Source: Leucoraja ocellata
Taxonomy: Eukaryota
Direction of reading: 5' to 3'
NCBI GenBank assembly: GCA_036785375.1
Contig: JAWMAR010000030.1
Span: forward strand, 6,014,001-6,078,000
DNA: 64,000 nucleotides
The position numbers and the translations under genes were made by a program. A model generated the notes under the pieces. The model did not search any database and had not been told where the DNA came from. It saw only the letters and a program-made list of their open reading frames with translations. Of the stretch, positions 48,976 to 61,970 are shown in pieces (within the stretch, counting starts at the first letter, position 1; each line of letters starts with the position of its first letter).

Positions 48976-51900
48976 ATAGGATACTATAGAACTTTATTTA
49001 TTCCAGGGAGGAGTAGATAAATAAAGTTCTATCCTATCTTATGAAGACTATGAACTGATTATTAATTTTGAACAGATATCTGAGAAGATAAAGTAAAATA
49101 AAACTACTTGGTGATAATTAAACCACATGGGACTTTAGAACGATGTTGAAACAAATTATAATTTGTTGCCTCGTCTAGATCACGTGGAAGGTGAGCAGAG
49201 TTCATGAAATAAGTTTCTTTTAAGGATAATCCAAAATACCTTATGGTAAATGCAGCTGATTACTGTGTGTCCTCTCTTTGCTCAACAGTGAGCATGAATG
49301 GTTGCAATAAAACACATTTGACCAAGTTTTGTTTTGAATTCAGTGTGCAAAGACCAGAGTGATTTTAGTGGAATAAAAATGAACTGCAGATGCTGGTTTA
49401 TGTCAAATCTGACACAAAATGCTAGAGCAACTCAGCTGAGACTCTAACATTTTGCGTCTACGTGAGGTGATTTTAGTGGACTGCCAATTGAAGAAAGATT
49501 TATCTGTGCTTCCTAAATTATAACTGCTTTCCTAAAACCTTTAACTGAAATGATTTACTGTTTTGCATATGATTTGTCTTCAGTGATCAGTTACTGTGAA
49601 GTTGCAATTAAGGAAGATTGGCCAATATGTGATGAAGCTTATAACAATAAAAGATTTTAATAACATGCAAGATCCTGAACGGGAATGGCAGAATAGACGT
49701 TGTGATATTGTTTCTTCCAGGGACTTTGTGCTACATTTACAGAATTTTGAAGTTAGGGTTGTCTCAAGTTGGACATGTAAAACGAAGATTGTACTTTCAT
49801 AGGAAAGTAAATCTCTGATATTCTCTATCTTTGAGGACAGTGATTGCTTAATCTTGGTTTATACATTCTTGAAATTAAAACATTTTTCAATATTGAGCAT
49901 ATGAGGATTTGGGCAACGTGGCAGGACACATAGAATCACCATGACGATTATCAGAGCAGCCTGTCAATTAGCATTCGTACTGCTAATCTGAAATATCAGT
50001 GTAAAAAGGCATGGTGTCGAACTAGGAAGTTTTGATGCAAAGGACATGCAGTGCTGGAGGTACACAACAGGTCAGGCAGCATCTCTGGAGAACATGAATA
50101 AGTGATGTTTCAAGACCCATCTTTAGACTTGACCCGGAACATCACCTATCCGTGTTCCTGACCGGCTGTGTTACTCCAGCACTTTGTGTCCTTTTGTGTA
50201 TTAACCAGTATCTGAGTACAGCAGATTCTGGAATCTTGAGCAAACAAAAAAGTGCCAGAGGAACACAGCAGGTCAGATGGCATCTGTGGAGGGAAACTGA
50301 CAGATGACACATCTGGTCGGAACCTTTCTTTAGACTCTGAAAAGGATCCTGACACAAAATGTTGTCTATCCACAGATGCTGCCTAACCCGCTGAGTTCCA
50401 CCAGCACTTTTTTGTTTGCTCAAAATTCTAGCATCTGCCATCTCTTGGGTATCCATTTTGGAGTATTGCATACAGGTTTGGTCTCTGCATTTAAGGATAG
50501 ATAGGGTTGCTTTGGGGACATTGCGGAGAGGTTTATCTAGACCCCCGGGTTAAAATTGTTGCTGAGTGATGAGAATTTGAGCAGGTTCGACCAATATTGA
50601 AGTTTTGAAGAATGGAAGATAATCTTAATGAGCCATATGATTTTGAGGAGGATTATCAAATACATTCTGAGTGGGTGATGTTTAGAACTAGGCATAGATT
50701 CTGATGATTGATCGACTCGTGCTTTGTTATTCTGAAGTATTTTCTTTGCACTTTCTGACTTTGTTTCCTCATTAAGACACTTTTCTCTACCTGCTGTTTC
50801 TATATAATATGATTTTGGGCCTTCCTTCTGTCCCTCCCTGTATTTGATGTGATGCAATTGTAATAAAATTAAGGTGTGTATTATTTTATAAATATCTCGC
50901 ACAAATTTGTGTTCATGTATCTTTGAGTTTTACATGTTAAAAAGATTAATTACAGTGGGCACAATTTTAACCATTTATGCTAGGGAATTTTTAAAGTGAC
51001 AATAGTTAAAAGTTGGAGCTCAGCCACTTAGGAGGAAATTCAGAACGTTTTTTAATGACAACTGATATTTGAAATTTTCTCCCACTATCATATGTCTGTA
51101 ATATTTGGTTATTTAAGAATGGATCCTATTTCTGTTGCTTATGAAGCTATGATAAATAAATATCTTGGCGTAATAGTCAGCTTATCAAATTTCTGAATAG
51201 CTTCCTTTTCGTTCCTATTAGTCATACCTCTTTGGCAATCCAGCATTTTGGTAAGTGGTTGAATTTGATTATGAAATGCTGCAATAACTACACTTCGCTG
51301 AAAAATAAATTGGCCTCCAAGTGTATTGGTATTGCTGTTTCTTTATCTTGCAATGCTGAGAAATCCATCTTCTCTAGAGATCAGTATGTTTATGGGATGC
51401 AAAATAATGGAGAGATGAGAAAAAATGTCAAGATCAGAATTGAACAGAATAGTGGGGGAAGGATGATTTTCTCAGTGACATTTGACATTTGAACTAAATT
51501 GAACTTGACATTTGAACTAAATATTTCATTCAGAATGTAATAATATTCTCTGAAACATTAAGATTTAAAATTGGATTAAAACATTTCCACATGTTGATCA
51601 GCGAGTTAATTTATGGGGGCAACACAATATATGGGGACAACCAAGTGGGCACCTTAGTTTGACATTCTTTTGCTTATCATGAGCCTGAATGCTTTGCTGA
51701 AGCTTCTCGTGGGCAAATCCTTAGTAAGGTTCCTCAGTTGTCTTTATAAAAAAAACTTGCTTTAATTATAAAAAGGGTTTCTTCAGTCTTAGTTAACAAT
51801 GTGTCACAAAGTGCTGGAGTAACTCAGAATGTCAGGCAACATCTTTGGAGAACATGGATAGGCGATGTTTCGGGTCAATTTATTTGGAAAAACCTCAAGT

Positions 51901-54900
51901 TGCTGATGCACAGGAGCAACTTTGTTAAGATTGAGCTGCGAGAGATATTTTGTCATTTTAGCTTGGAGATGTTTCAAATTTATTTTAGTGATTAACATAT
52001 ATACTTGTAACTACCAAAGGGAATTGTTAATTGTCAAGCTCGGTATTGTATTTGCACTACATTTTTGAAACTGTTGAGTTCCACAGTTATTTCTGTCTCC
52101 GCCCCTGACATTGACAATAATTGTCCAATTAGTGTTGTTGTAGTAGTTAAAAATAAAGCAGACTGCAAGAACTTGTGAACCATGGTTTTGTTTTTTTTAA
52201 TTGAAGAAGCATATGCACATGAATAAACACTGTGGTTTGATATGCTGTTATTGGTTCCTGTTCAGGTCATCCTGCCTACCAGTTTATTCAACATACACAT
52301 TCAAATAATCCCTCATTTTGCTGAACTGAGTGTTTGGCTTTAGGATCATTCCAGTCTGTTCACAATCAACAAATATAGTGTGTTTAAACTACAACTTTAA
52401 GTACAACCTTCCCTGGAAACAATTATCCCTCATTACACTGTTTGAAAGACAGAGGTTGCCCATTTGAGTCGGAGTTTACGTCTTTCTCCAAGCGCTGAAT
52501 TCCCTCAAACGGAAGCCAAAGGAGATCCTTAGAAATTTTTAAATATAGAAATAGATTCTTCATAAACAAGGCGGTAAAAGATTATCCGGGGTGGGGGGAG
52601 GGCGGAAATGCAGATTTGAGGTTATGTTCTTCCTTTATTGTGCTGACAGAAGAGGAATAATGTACTTTACTAATATCTCTGGGACAAATATGAGACATTG
52701 TTAGGTCCTGCTTGCATAAAATAATGGGCTATTTCAGGTCTCAAGTTCCTAGATGAGTTGATTTGACAAATATTTGACAGGCACTTGACAACATTGATAC
52801 ATGTGAAGTTATGTACCTTAATTGGGAAAAGCCAGAAGGATAGAGTATCACTTAAATAGTGATTGTTAAACAGCTGGATGTCCTACTACATTGAGTAACC
52901 AAACATGCAGGTAAACCAAGCTGTTAAGGCAAACGGCATCTTGGCCTTCACCAGAGCTCAATGTATTATACGGGATTGGAGTATTGTGTGCAATTTGGTC
53001 GCTGTCTTTTGGAGAGATAGTGCAGAGAAAATGTTCTTGGCAGATTCCCAGAATGGTGGGATTATTGCATGAAGTCAAATCGACTTAGTCCTTATTCATG
53101 AGAGTTTAGAAGAATATGGATTTATTTATTTAAAAACTGACATGTTTTGGCAGGAAGTGTGCGTGGAAGATAACATGTTAGACTTTTCCACCACAAACCT
53201 TTGAATTGCAGAATATATTAAAGAAGCAATCAGATTTCTATGCAGGATGTGAAATGTGATATATGGCCTGCGTGGCAATATTGTATTGAGATAGTGATTT
53301 TTGAATGGCAGAACTGTCTTTAATGGCCTAGTTTTGTTTTGTATTTCTAAGATCAATGGCTAGTTGCTTCTGCAAGAACAGTTATGTTTACATTGTTGGG
53401 GCACAGTACCCAGCTCACCTACATATGTGAATGTTGTACTCTGTAAAAGAACGGTACACTAACCACATTAATAACGTGTGACACAGATCCACGTGTGCCG
53501 GGTATGAACCTTGTTGCTGGGTACTTGACTCAGTTGTCGCCTGTGGTTCACTGATAAGTTGAAATACTTGAGAAAGATAGGATTCTGACAGAATTTTAAT
53601 GGGGATTGCTTAAATCTGAAGTACTTTGATGCTTAGTGGTTATCTTGTGTTATTGTCTGTAAGTTTGCATTTTAAGGTCCAAATGAGTAGATATTGAGCA
53701 TGTGTATGATTGAGCTTTGTGGATAGCTTCCAATAAATCCAGGTGCCTAGTGCTGTAAATATACTTAGACTCATCTATTACCTCGGTATACAATAACCTA
53801 CAATAGCTTTAGTTTAAAAAGTGCCTTGATTTTTAATTTTGTGTTTGCTTTCAAATCTTTGTGGAACACTTCTAGTCTTGCAGACTCTGACATCTCCATT
53901 TGTTTGCTGCAAGCATCTAGTACATTCATTATCCACATTTCTTTACAAGTGCCAACATGGACTGCATGCAACATAGGCTGTATGGCTTGGAATTGCCAAA
54001 GTATTTTAATGTCTAAGAAAATGAGACCAAACCTATACCGAAAGCAACCTAATTTTGGAAATACAACCAAATTATTTTCAGCATCTCATGGCTGATTACT
54101 GAATATTCTGCAAAATATAATCTGGGGTTTTCTTACATTTTGGTACTATTGTATGAGAATAATGCTGAAGCAGCAGTTCGGCAATAAAAGTTGAATTATC
54201 AGCTAATCGCCAACATTTCACTCCCACTTCGTTTTGGTTCTGTTGTACAGCATTATTCAGTTTCAGTGTATTAAATACCTCAGGATGTGATGTAATGCAA
54301 GCCACAGGTTCATATGTTTGTGCCCTCTGCAGCTTGTTGACAAATTACTCATTTCCACTGATACATCCTAGGATTGCAGACAATTACCAAAGTCCACATC
54401 TGTTTGTTATCAAATATGAGTAATGATCATGCAGAATATATTGCTTTGTCTTGTAACCGCAATAAGATTCTTCAATACCATTAGAATATGAAAAGTTACC
54501 ATTGTGTTCATAGTTGAATGCTTTCTCTACTTCCTTGTTGGATAGCTGTTGCAAGTCCACATTGTACGAAATTGTAGGGCTGTCTGTACGCTAATGGATG
54601 CGGATCAACGAAGAAATCCAGATGGATTTAGAACTGACAAATACATAATATATATTCCTTTGTCTCATTTTCAACTCTGATGAAGGTATTTCATTCTGAA
54701 GCATTGATTTTCTTCTCCAATCGCTGAGCACTTCTAGAATTTTGTATTTTTGATTTAAATTTTAATGCCTGCAGTTTTGATTTTCAAATACATTCAAGCT
54801 GATTGAAAGTTTATCTTGGACTCTGTTCATTTAAGCTGTTTAATGCTGTTCCAGAGCTATTGCTTTTGTAGTGTGATTTCACTGACAAAGATAATACAAT

Positions 54901-55363
54901 ACAGCTATATAACATACCATTTCCAGAAGGTCTCTGTCATTTTAAATAACATGCTGTTACTCAACCTCTCATTATCTAACTAACCGGTGTAGGATGGAAC
55001 TGTATATGCTGGTTTAAACCGAGGATAGACACAAAAAGCTGGGGTAACTCAGCAGGACAGGCAGCATCTCTGGAGAGAAAGAATGGGTGATGTTTCGAGA
55101 CTGTCTGACTGGGGAACTGGTAATGCCATTGTGATACACGGTTTAGAATTGGTGTAAAGCTGCTGGTTAAAACTGCATGGACAGTCATTGCCAAAGCCTG
55201 TGTATGCAAACAGTACGGTGCACTAATTTGTCAATGCAAAAATTGGGAACCTTGCAAGGTGAACTTGCACATTTCCTTTAATGAAAAATAGTCAGTGGAA
55301 TGGAAAGAATATGACCGAATAAATGTTCTTTCTGTATTAATTTCAGGTAACATTAGTTTGGGG

Positions 55364-55381
55364 ATGAACTTTGTGAAATAA
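55364..55381 (+). other. uORF (MNFVK*) ending 2 nt before the SEC24C start codon
   Basis: gggATG AAC TTT GTG AAA TAA ag ATG, inside the exon that starts at 55347; out of frame with the main ORF. Confidence 0.7.
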
Positions 55382-55383
55382 AG

Positions 55384-55555
55384 ATGAATCAGCAAGGTCA
55401 CATGGCATCTTATGGACAGCCCCAACCTGGCTACCAAGGGTACCACCAGCAGCAGTTGGCTTATGACAACCAACACATGACCGGTGTCCCACCCCCTCAA
55501 TATGGACCATACAACGGACCCGTCCAAGGCTACCAACAAACTGCTGTGCCGCAAG
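55384..55555 (+). CDS. SEC24C: SEC24C first coding exon (COPII coat subunit, N-terminal Pro/Gln-rich region); exon begins at 55347
   Basis: MNQQGHMASYGQPQPGYQGYHQQ..YGPYNGPVQGYQQTAVPQ(G) resembles the vertebrate SEC24C N-terminus (GQPQP..GYHQ..YNGPVPGYQQ). Donor CAAG|gtatgt. 172 nt, phase 1. Confidence 0.9.
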
Positions 55556-57232
55556 GTATGTCATCAAATAACACAAAACGTAATTGATGCAATGTTGAGC
55601 AGATGCAAAACCTTTCTTTATGTAATTTTCCTTGGATTTCTAAGATGTTGACATTCACTGCTTTCAAATATGAAGTGCGGTCATGAATACATTCTTTTGA
55701 AGTTTTATTTGTTCCATCTGCATTCTTGATCCACCGTGAGTATTTGACTATCAGGCAGATTGAAGACATTCTGGAAATACTTGTATTTTTAACAAGTTGT
55801 GCAACTTTGCAGAAATATGTTTCAGTTTTTGCAGGCTTAAACCAGCATTTTACTTAAATTTGTTTAAAGAATCTATGTTGGCCACGTTTCAGGTTGTTGA
55901 ATTAACTCATTTGAAATTTGGCTTTAACCTACTGCCGTCAAGATAAGATGAAAACTGAGTATGAAATACTGATTTTTGAGGTTCAACAAAGATAATGTGC
56001 CAAACTAACAAAAAGTTCATGAAAAAGAATCGGGTGCTTTTTGCAGAAATAATATTAAACTGCAGACAAATGCATTTTTACGAATTTAAATGCATCGCTA
56101 AAATGGTCCTTTCTGGCAGGCATTATACACTCCTCACCCCTTGGGTTTGGCAAATTGATGTAAAATATATCCATGTTCAAGAGTGATGGGGGGGGGGGGG
56201 GGGGGCAAATTAGCACAGGATGATTTTTATTGGTTTGCTTATGCTTATCGAAAAAAAATTGTTTCTGAAACAGTCGTTGCTTTTCACTTTTCCTTGTTCG
56301 ACATTTATCCACAATTCCTCGGTTGTCAAATGTTCTCACTTAATTTCTTTGGCAGTGCTTTAAATTGTACCTAAATATCTCCAGCGTGTTCTTTGTTTCT
56401 TCAATATTGGAAATAAAATGGGTTATGCAATGTTGATTTTCTTTTCTAGTCAAAGTGTAATCTCTATCGAATCCCATGGTTTTTGTTGTGCAGTTTCATG
56501 TACAAGTAAAAAAAAAATTAGTTTAAAATTGAATAAAAGACTAAGAGGGGAGAGCTCTTAATGGTGCTTTATATTACTTTATCTGTGGTCTGGCGGAAAG
56601 CAATCTGTTTGTTAATGATGCATTAAGGTAGATTTTGAAAGGATTGCCTCTGAAGAAATTATGTCATTTTTAAGCAGTGAACAGTCTAATAATGAAATAA
56701 CATCCGTAATTATGGAAAGATTGCAGTGGTGCACTTCTCTATCTCAAATTGCCAACACTATTTACTTTGTAGGCATTGTTAATATCACAACTGTGCATGC
56801 AGAGCATTTTATTATTCTGTTGCTTTCACACTTCTGTTCTTGAGGAGGAATTGTCAGAATCTAAGGCTATTAAATTCGTATTTGTTTATTAGCTTTGGGC
56901 ATGTAGGTATCTTCTGTTTGTACTTTCCTCCGCATTGGTTTGGTCGGGTCACTAGGCTGGAATCCAGGGTCCTGGCCATGTTGATACGGAACCGCAGATG
57001 CTGGAATCTTGATCAAACCCCAATGTGCTGGAGGAACTCAGCTGGTCAGGCAGCGTCTGTGGGGGGGGATGGACAGGTGATATTTTGGGTCGGAATCCTT
57101 CAATTAATTAAATTTGGGTATGTATAAATCTGCGATTAAAGAAGACCTGCTGTCAGTAATAGTACACTAATTTACAAAATGTTGCTTAAAAACTCTTCTA
57201 ATATCCTTCAACTTGGAAATGTCATCTTCATT

Positions 57233-57672
57233 GTTTAGTTTAGACATACAGCGTGGAAGCAGGACCTTCAGCCCACCGAGTCCACACCGACCAGCGATCC
57301 CCGCAAATTAACACTATCCTACACACACACTAGGGACAATTTACACTTATACCAAGCCAATTAACTTACAAACCTGTACGTCTTTGGAGTGTGAGAGGAA
57401 ACCAAAGATCTCAGAGAAAACACACGGGGAGAAAGTACAAACTCCGTACAGACAGCACCCATAGTCGGGATCGAACCAGTGTCTCCGGCGCTATAAAGGG
57501 CCTGTCCCACTTACGACCACTTGCTGGCACCCGTCATAGTCGCAGCAGGTGGCCGAAATTTTTCAACGTGTTGAAAATCAAGCGGTGACCAGAAAAAGGT
57601 ACGACTCTTTGGGCGACTACTCACGTCCATGCAGGCGTCGCCCCGTGACATTAAGGCTGCGCCACCATGCCA
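57233..57672 (-). mobile_element. tRNA-derived SINE interrupted by a MITE fragment (~57498-57650)
   Basis: SINE body as at 60025. Its head (..ggcgct / ..ctgcgccaccatgcc) is split by AGGGCCTGTCCCACTT... Confidence 0.8.
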
Positions 57673-59541
57673 CCATTTAGTCTGCAGATCATTAGTCTTC
57701 CCTTTAGTCTGCAGGTCATTCCAGAATCTCACTTAACATATCCCTATCAAAACTACTTGATTTAGGAAGAATTGAAGATGAGCAGTAATTTCTCGTTTTG
57801 CCCAATCCCATAACTATGTTTAGTGCCTGTAACCTTACAGAGCAAGATTGTGTTTTAAATGGTTTTGCATCTTCAATTCGCTCTTCATAAATCTTTGTAT
57901 TGGTTGCAAAATCTCGTTTTGTAAAAATTTATGAATTAAAATTGAGCCTGATAGATTATTTTTAGTTGGTCATTTTATTAATTGCTACATTTTTAATTAA
58001 ATTCAATGAAGATTTGACGTTTTGCCTTCTAATGCAAGAACTGAATAATGCTTTTATTTCTGTAATGCCATTAAATTTTCATCCTGCTTTATCGCATGAA
58101 GCAACTTTCCATCAACCCTTTGTTTAGAGCATTTCAATGGGCTATAGTTGTGGAATTTTTTAATTGAGTTTAATTTTCCACACTTGTGACAACACATGGC
58201 AAATTGTATGTTGCCCATAAGTCAGCATTTGCACTTGCCTTCTGGGCTGGGCTTGCAATGTCAGATTCTCTCCACTACACAGTGATTTTTGCCGTGTTCA
58301 AGCCAGACAAGTAATCTTGCCGATAAGAACATGTTTACTCACAACTCTCCAAGGGAAACATTGACTGATGGCGAAATCACACCTTCAGCCTTGATGTCTG
58401 TTGCAGCAGTCAGGGTTCTGCATTTCCTATAATGAATAAAAGAAAAGATTATATCTTGAAGAATGAAAAGATTATTTGGCAAACGCACTTTAACAATTAT
58501 GTCCTCATGCAAAGCAAGTTTAAAAATATGTCAATTTCCTTTTCCTACCCTTGGGTTTAGAGTTTCCATGAAAATGAATTGGCTGCAGGACCTGATTCGA
58601 AAGTATAAAACAGCTGTTATTTTACCGTGTATAAACCGTGAGATATAATTTTTGTTTTGTGTGTTATCCAGGCCATTCATTCCATAAGTCGTGTGATCTC
58701 TGGTGCAAAAACAAAATGAAACAGAATGCAGAATATAGGGTGACAGCAACAGAAAAATGCAGATTAAATTAAAGTGCAAGGGTGTAATGATGTAGATTGG
58801 GAGAATAAACTAGTTTTGCTTAGTAGACTGGGCGGCATCCACAAATCTGCAATTTCTTGCGGCTTTGGGTATAGCAGCTGCCATACCCAGCTATAATGCT
58901 GACAGAAAGGATGCAAAAAGTGCATTGGAAGTGACCATTTTATATTTTAAGTCTGGTGGGTTAGAATTTTTAATGAAGTTCAAGTTAGAATTTCTACATA
59001 ATGTTCATCTTTCATTTTTTTTAAATAAGTTAGCACAATTTGGGAAGCATTTTTTTAAGTGCTTTTGTTGTGTGTAGTTATCCCGACAACTGCTTTCATT
59101 GCAATGAACACTTTCGGGGATACATCTGTATCTCGTTATGATATTTCACGTGACCAATGATTCAAGCCATCTTCATGTCCCCTGTTTTCTGTCGAGAAAT
59201 TCAGTTATATTTTTCTAGTTTATTGAGGCAAAGGCAAACGGCTCTGGATAAATTGACCCAAATTGTAACTAATTTTAAGCGTTTTTGTTTTAAATGATAG
59301 GCATACCAAAATTGTCAATTCTTTACAAATACAAGGTTTATTTGAATCTGGAACCATGCCATACTTGTTCAAAAATTAAATTGTAGGATTTCCAGTGTTC
59401 ATCATTTTATGCAATTTCTATTTTTTCTAATTTGAAAGGAATGTTGAACCTCTTGATTTTTGAAATAATGTAATCTCAGAATTAAATAGATGCATTTATT
59501 GTTCTTTGTATTAATTAAAATTCTGCCGTTGTTTCTTGTAG

Positions 59542-59674
59542 GACCTTTGAGGCCAGTACCAGGATCAGCCCCAACCTCAATTCCTCCCTCAACAACTGCA
59601 CAGCAGCCAGTATATAATCAATATGGGCAGGGAGATGTACACAACGGTCCTGCAGTACCCGAGCAGATGCAAAG
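59542..59674 (+). CDS. SEC24C: SEC24C second coding exon
   Basis: Acceptor ttcttgtag|GA and donor AAAG|gtttgt. Encodes (G)PLRPVPGSAP..YNQYGQGDVHNGPAVPEQMQ(R), matching the SEC24C GQGDVQNGP..QMQR motif. 133 nt, phase 1 to phase 2. Confidence 0.92.
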
Positions 59675-60024
59675 GTTTGTTGAAGTTTATAACTTGTAGG
59701 CTGATAGATTAGAGGATAGACTGAAATGCATTGAGACAAGAGATAGAAGGATCTTTCTTCAACTTTGCCAAACATCAATTTACAAAATATGTACAGACCG
59801 GTAACATGATTTAATGAAATGCAAAACTGAACGTTGTTACACAAATGGGTGCTTTGGAAACTTTATTATACAGGGTAAAAATATAACCATGTCCTTTATG
59901 GAAAATATGCAGCATTATGTTGGACCAAGGATGTAACGTTCTTCTTCATGTAATGTGTATAGATTTTTGTGTGTAACACATCTCGTCATCCAGCTCATGC
60001 CAAACAATAAGCATTCAGCACACT

Positions 60025-60335
60025 TTTAGTTTAGAGATACAACACGGAAGCAGGCCCTTTGGCCCACCAAGTCTGCACCGACCATAATCCCTGCACATTA
60101 ACACTATCCTACACATGCTAGGGACAATTTTACACTTGGTGTACCAAGTCAATTTAACCTAATTACTTGTGTCTTTGGAGTGTGGGGGGAAACCGAAGAT
60201 CTCAAAGTAAATCCACACGGTCACGGGGAGAATGTACAAACTCTGTACAGATGGCACCGGTAGTCGGGATCGAACCAGGGTCTCTGGCGCTGCAAATGCT
60301 GTAAGGCAGTAACTAGACCGCTGTGCCACCGTGTC
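60025..60335 (-). mobile_element. tRNA-derived SINE (HE1-like), near full length
   Basis: Minus strand starts acacggtggcacagcggtctagttactgcc (A box) .. GGTTCGATCCCG (B box) and ends with a CR1-like tail. Confidence 0.85.
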
Positions 60336-61791
60336 ATCACTTTCTTATCATGAAGATCCACTTCAGAAGCATTTCAAATAAAAGCAGCTGCTAATGGCTA
60401 GTTTTTAACGCTTTATTAATAAAAATGGCTTGATATTGGGCCAACAGTGGAATGCACTTCAGATGCTGCATGCTTTGGTATTCAAATCAGCATATGACGG
60501 GCTGCTGCAGGGTATCTGAACTTGATGCTTTTGTGATAATTAGTTGCCATGACTTCTATTTACAGTGAAGCGATTTTTTTTTTATATGACAAAATTATGC
60601 CAATCTTAATGTAACCACTATGGGATAAGATTAGCTGCCTGGGAAGACTAGAGAGATATACCAAAAAAGAGGTGGGAAACAATTCAGCAGCTCATTTAAA
60701 GTTTGCATATTTGTCATGAAGTTTGCTTCTGAGTACTCAGCACTTGAAATGTATCTTCCACGAGCAACTTGGTCACAAGGTTAGCTTCCAACTTCATCTC
60801 CCTTCAAATAATAAATACCATGTCCTGTTCATAGAAATGAAAGTCGCGTATCCCGGTTTACTGATTGTTAAAACTGAGTTTGAATGCCTGCTAATGTTTC
60901 TGCCATTCAAATGATCTCTAAATTGAAATATGAAAAATTATACTGTTAATAACTTTTGAAGATGAAAATGCTAAGAATCACTGAGATACATACCGTTAAT
61001 TTAATAAATGTTAATTACTTACAACTCATCCTCTGACTCCCAACACACGCCTCCCTCAGTGGTCCCTCGCTGAAATTAATTAAGTTTCTTATTCTGCAGC
61101 ACATCTCAGCTGATGCAGGTTGACCAGACAGAGTCTTCTGCTGTGCAGCTTGAAAACACTGAGATTGATACTCCACATTTGTATCATGAGTTGGAACGAC
61201 TACAGGGAGGACATGTCAGGAAGTTTGGGACTTCAGTTGACACCGGGTTACATTCTAGCCCTAAATTTTCTGACAGTTGTACGAGGACATTTGGACAAGG
61301 TGTCTGCTGGAATTTCTCAGTAAACATTTAAAGTATTTAGAATAGTAACATTGAATTAAAAACTTTGAAATGAACCTGGCTATTCTCGAAATGACTTAAC
61401 TGGTAGATCCCTTTCTATCAGCTTTGTTCTATTCGAATGAATAGGTAGTTCCCACAATAGGTGTAATGTGTCATGATTTTAGTAGGTAGTTTATGTGTGG
61501 TGTAATTTGCTGGGCAATTGCACCTGTTTCATGCACTGCTGAAGTCCATGAGGAGGCCAGCATTGGAACACAGTTGAGAAATGGTTTGCAAACATGCAGT
61601 ATGTTTGAAGCTTTGAGTGGGAATGCTGAATGTTGGCATTTATGCACTCAACCCCAGACACTTTACAGGAAGGAGGTAAATTTGCCTGTCTTCAGAGTAA
61701 CTGTTACAGTTCAAACTGCGTTTTATCCCAGTTCATACTCTGGCTCTGCAGTTAAAAACATTCCAAATTAACTGTTGAAATCTTTTTGTAG

Positions 61792-61970
61792 GGTTCCACA
61801 GTCTCAGCAATACATGCCTGGGAATACACTTCATTCTGGTAGTCAACCGATGCCATATCAACAGTATGCGCCCTCGCTTAGTCATGCTCAACAGTTACCA
61901 AACCAGATGGCCCACATGCAGATCACTGGAGTTTCCAGCAACAGTGCATCGCCTGTCAGCCAAGGTTACG
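61792..61970 (+). CDS. SEC24C: SEC24C third coding exon
   Basis: Acceptor tttttgtag|G and donor TACG|gtaggt. Encodes VPQSQQYMPGNT..QMAHMQITG..SQGY(G). 179 nt, phase 2 to phase 1. Confidence 0.88.
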
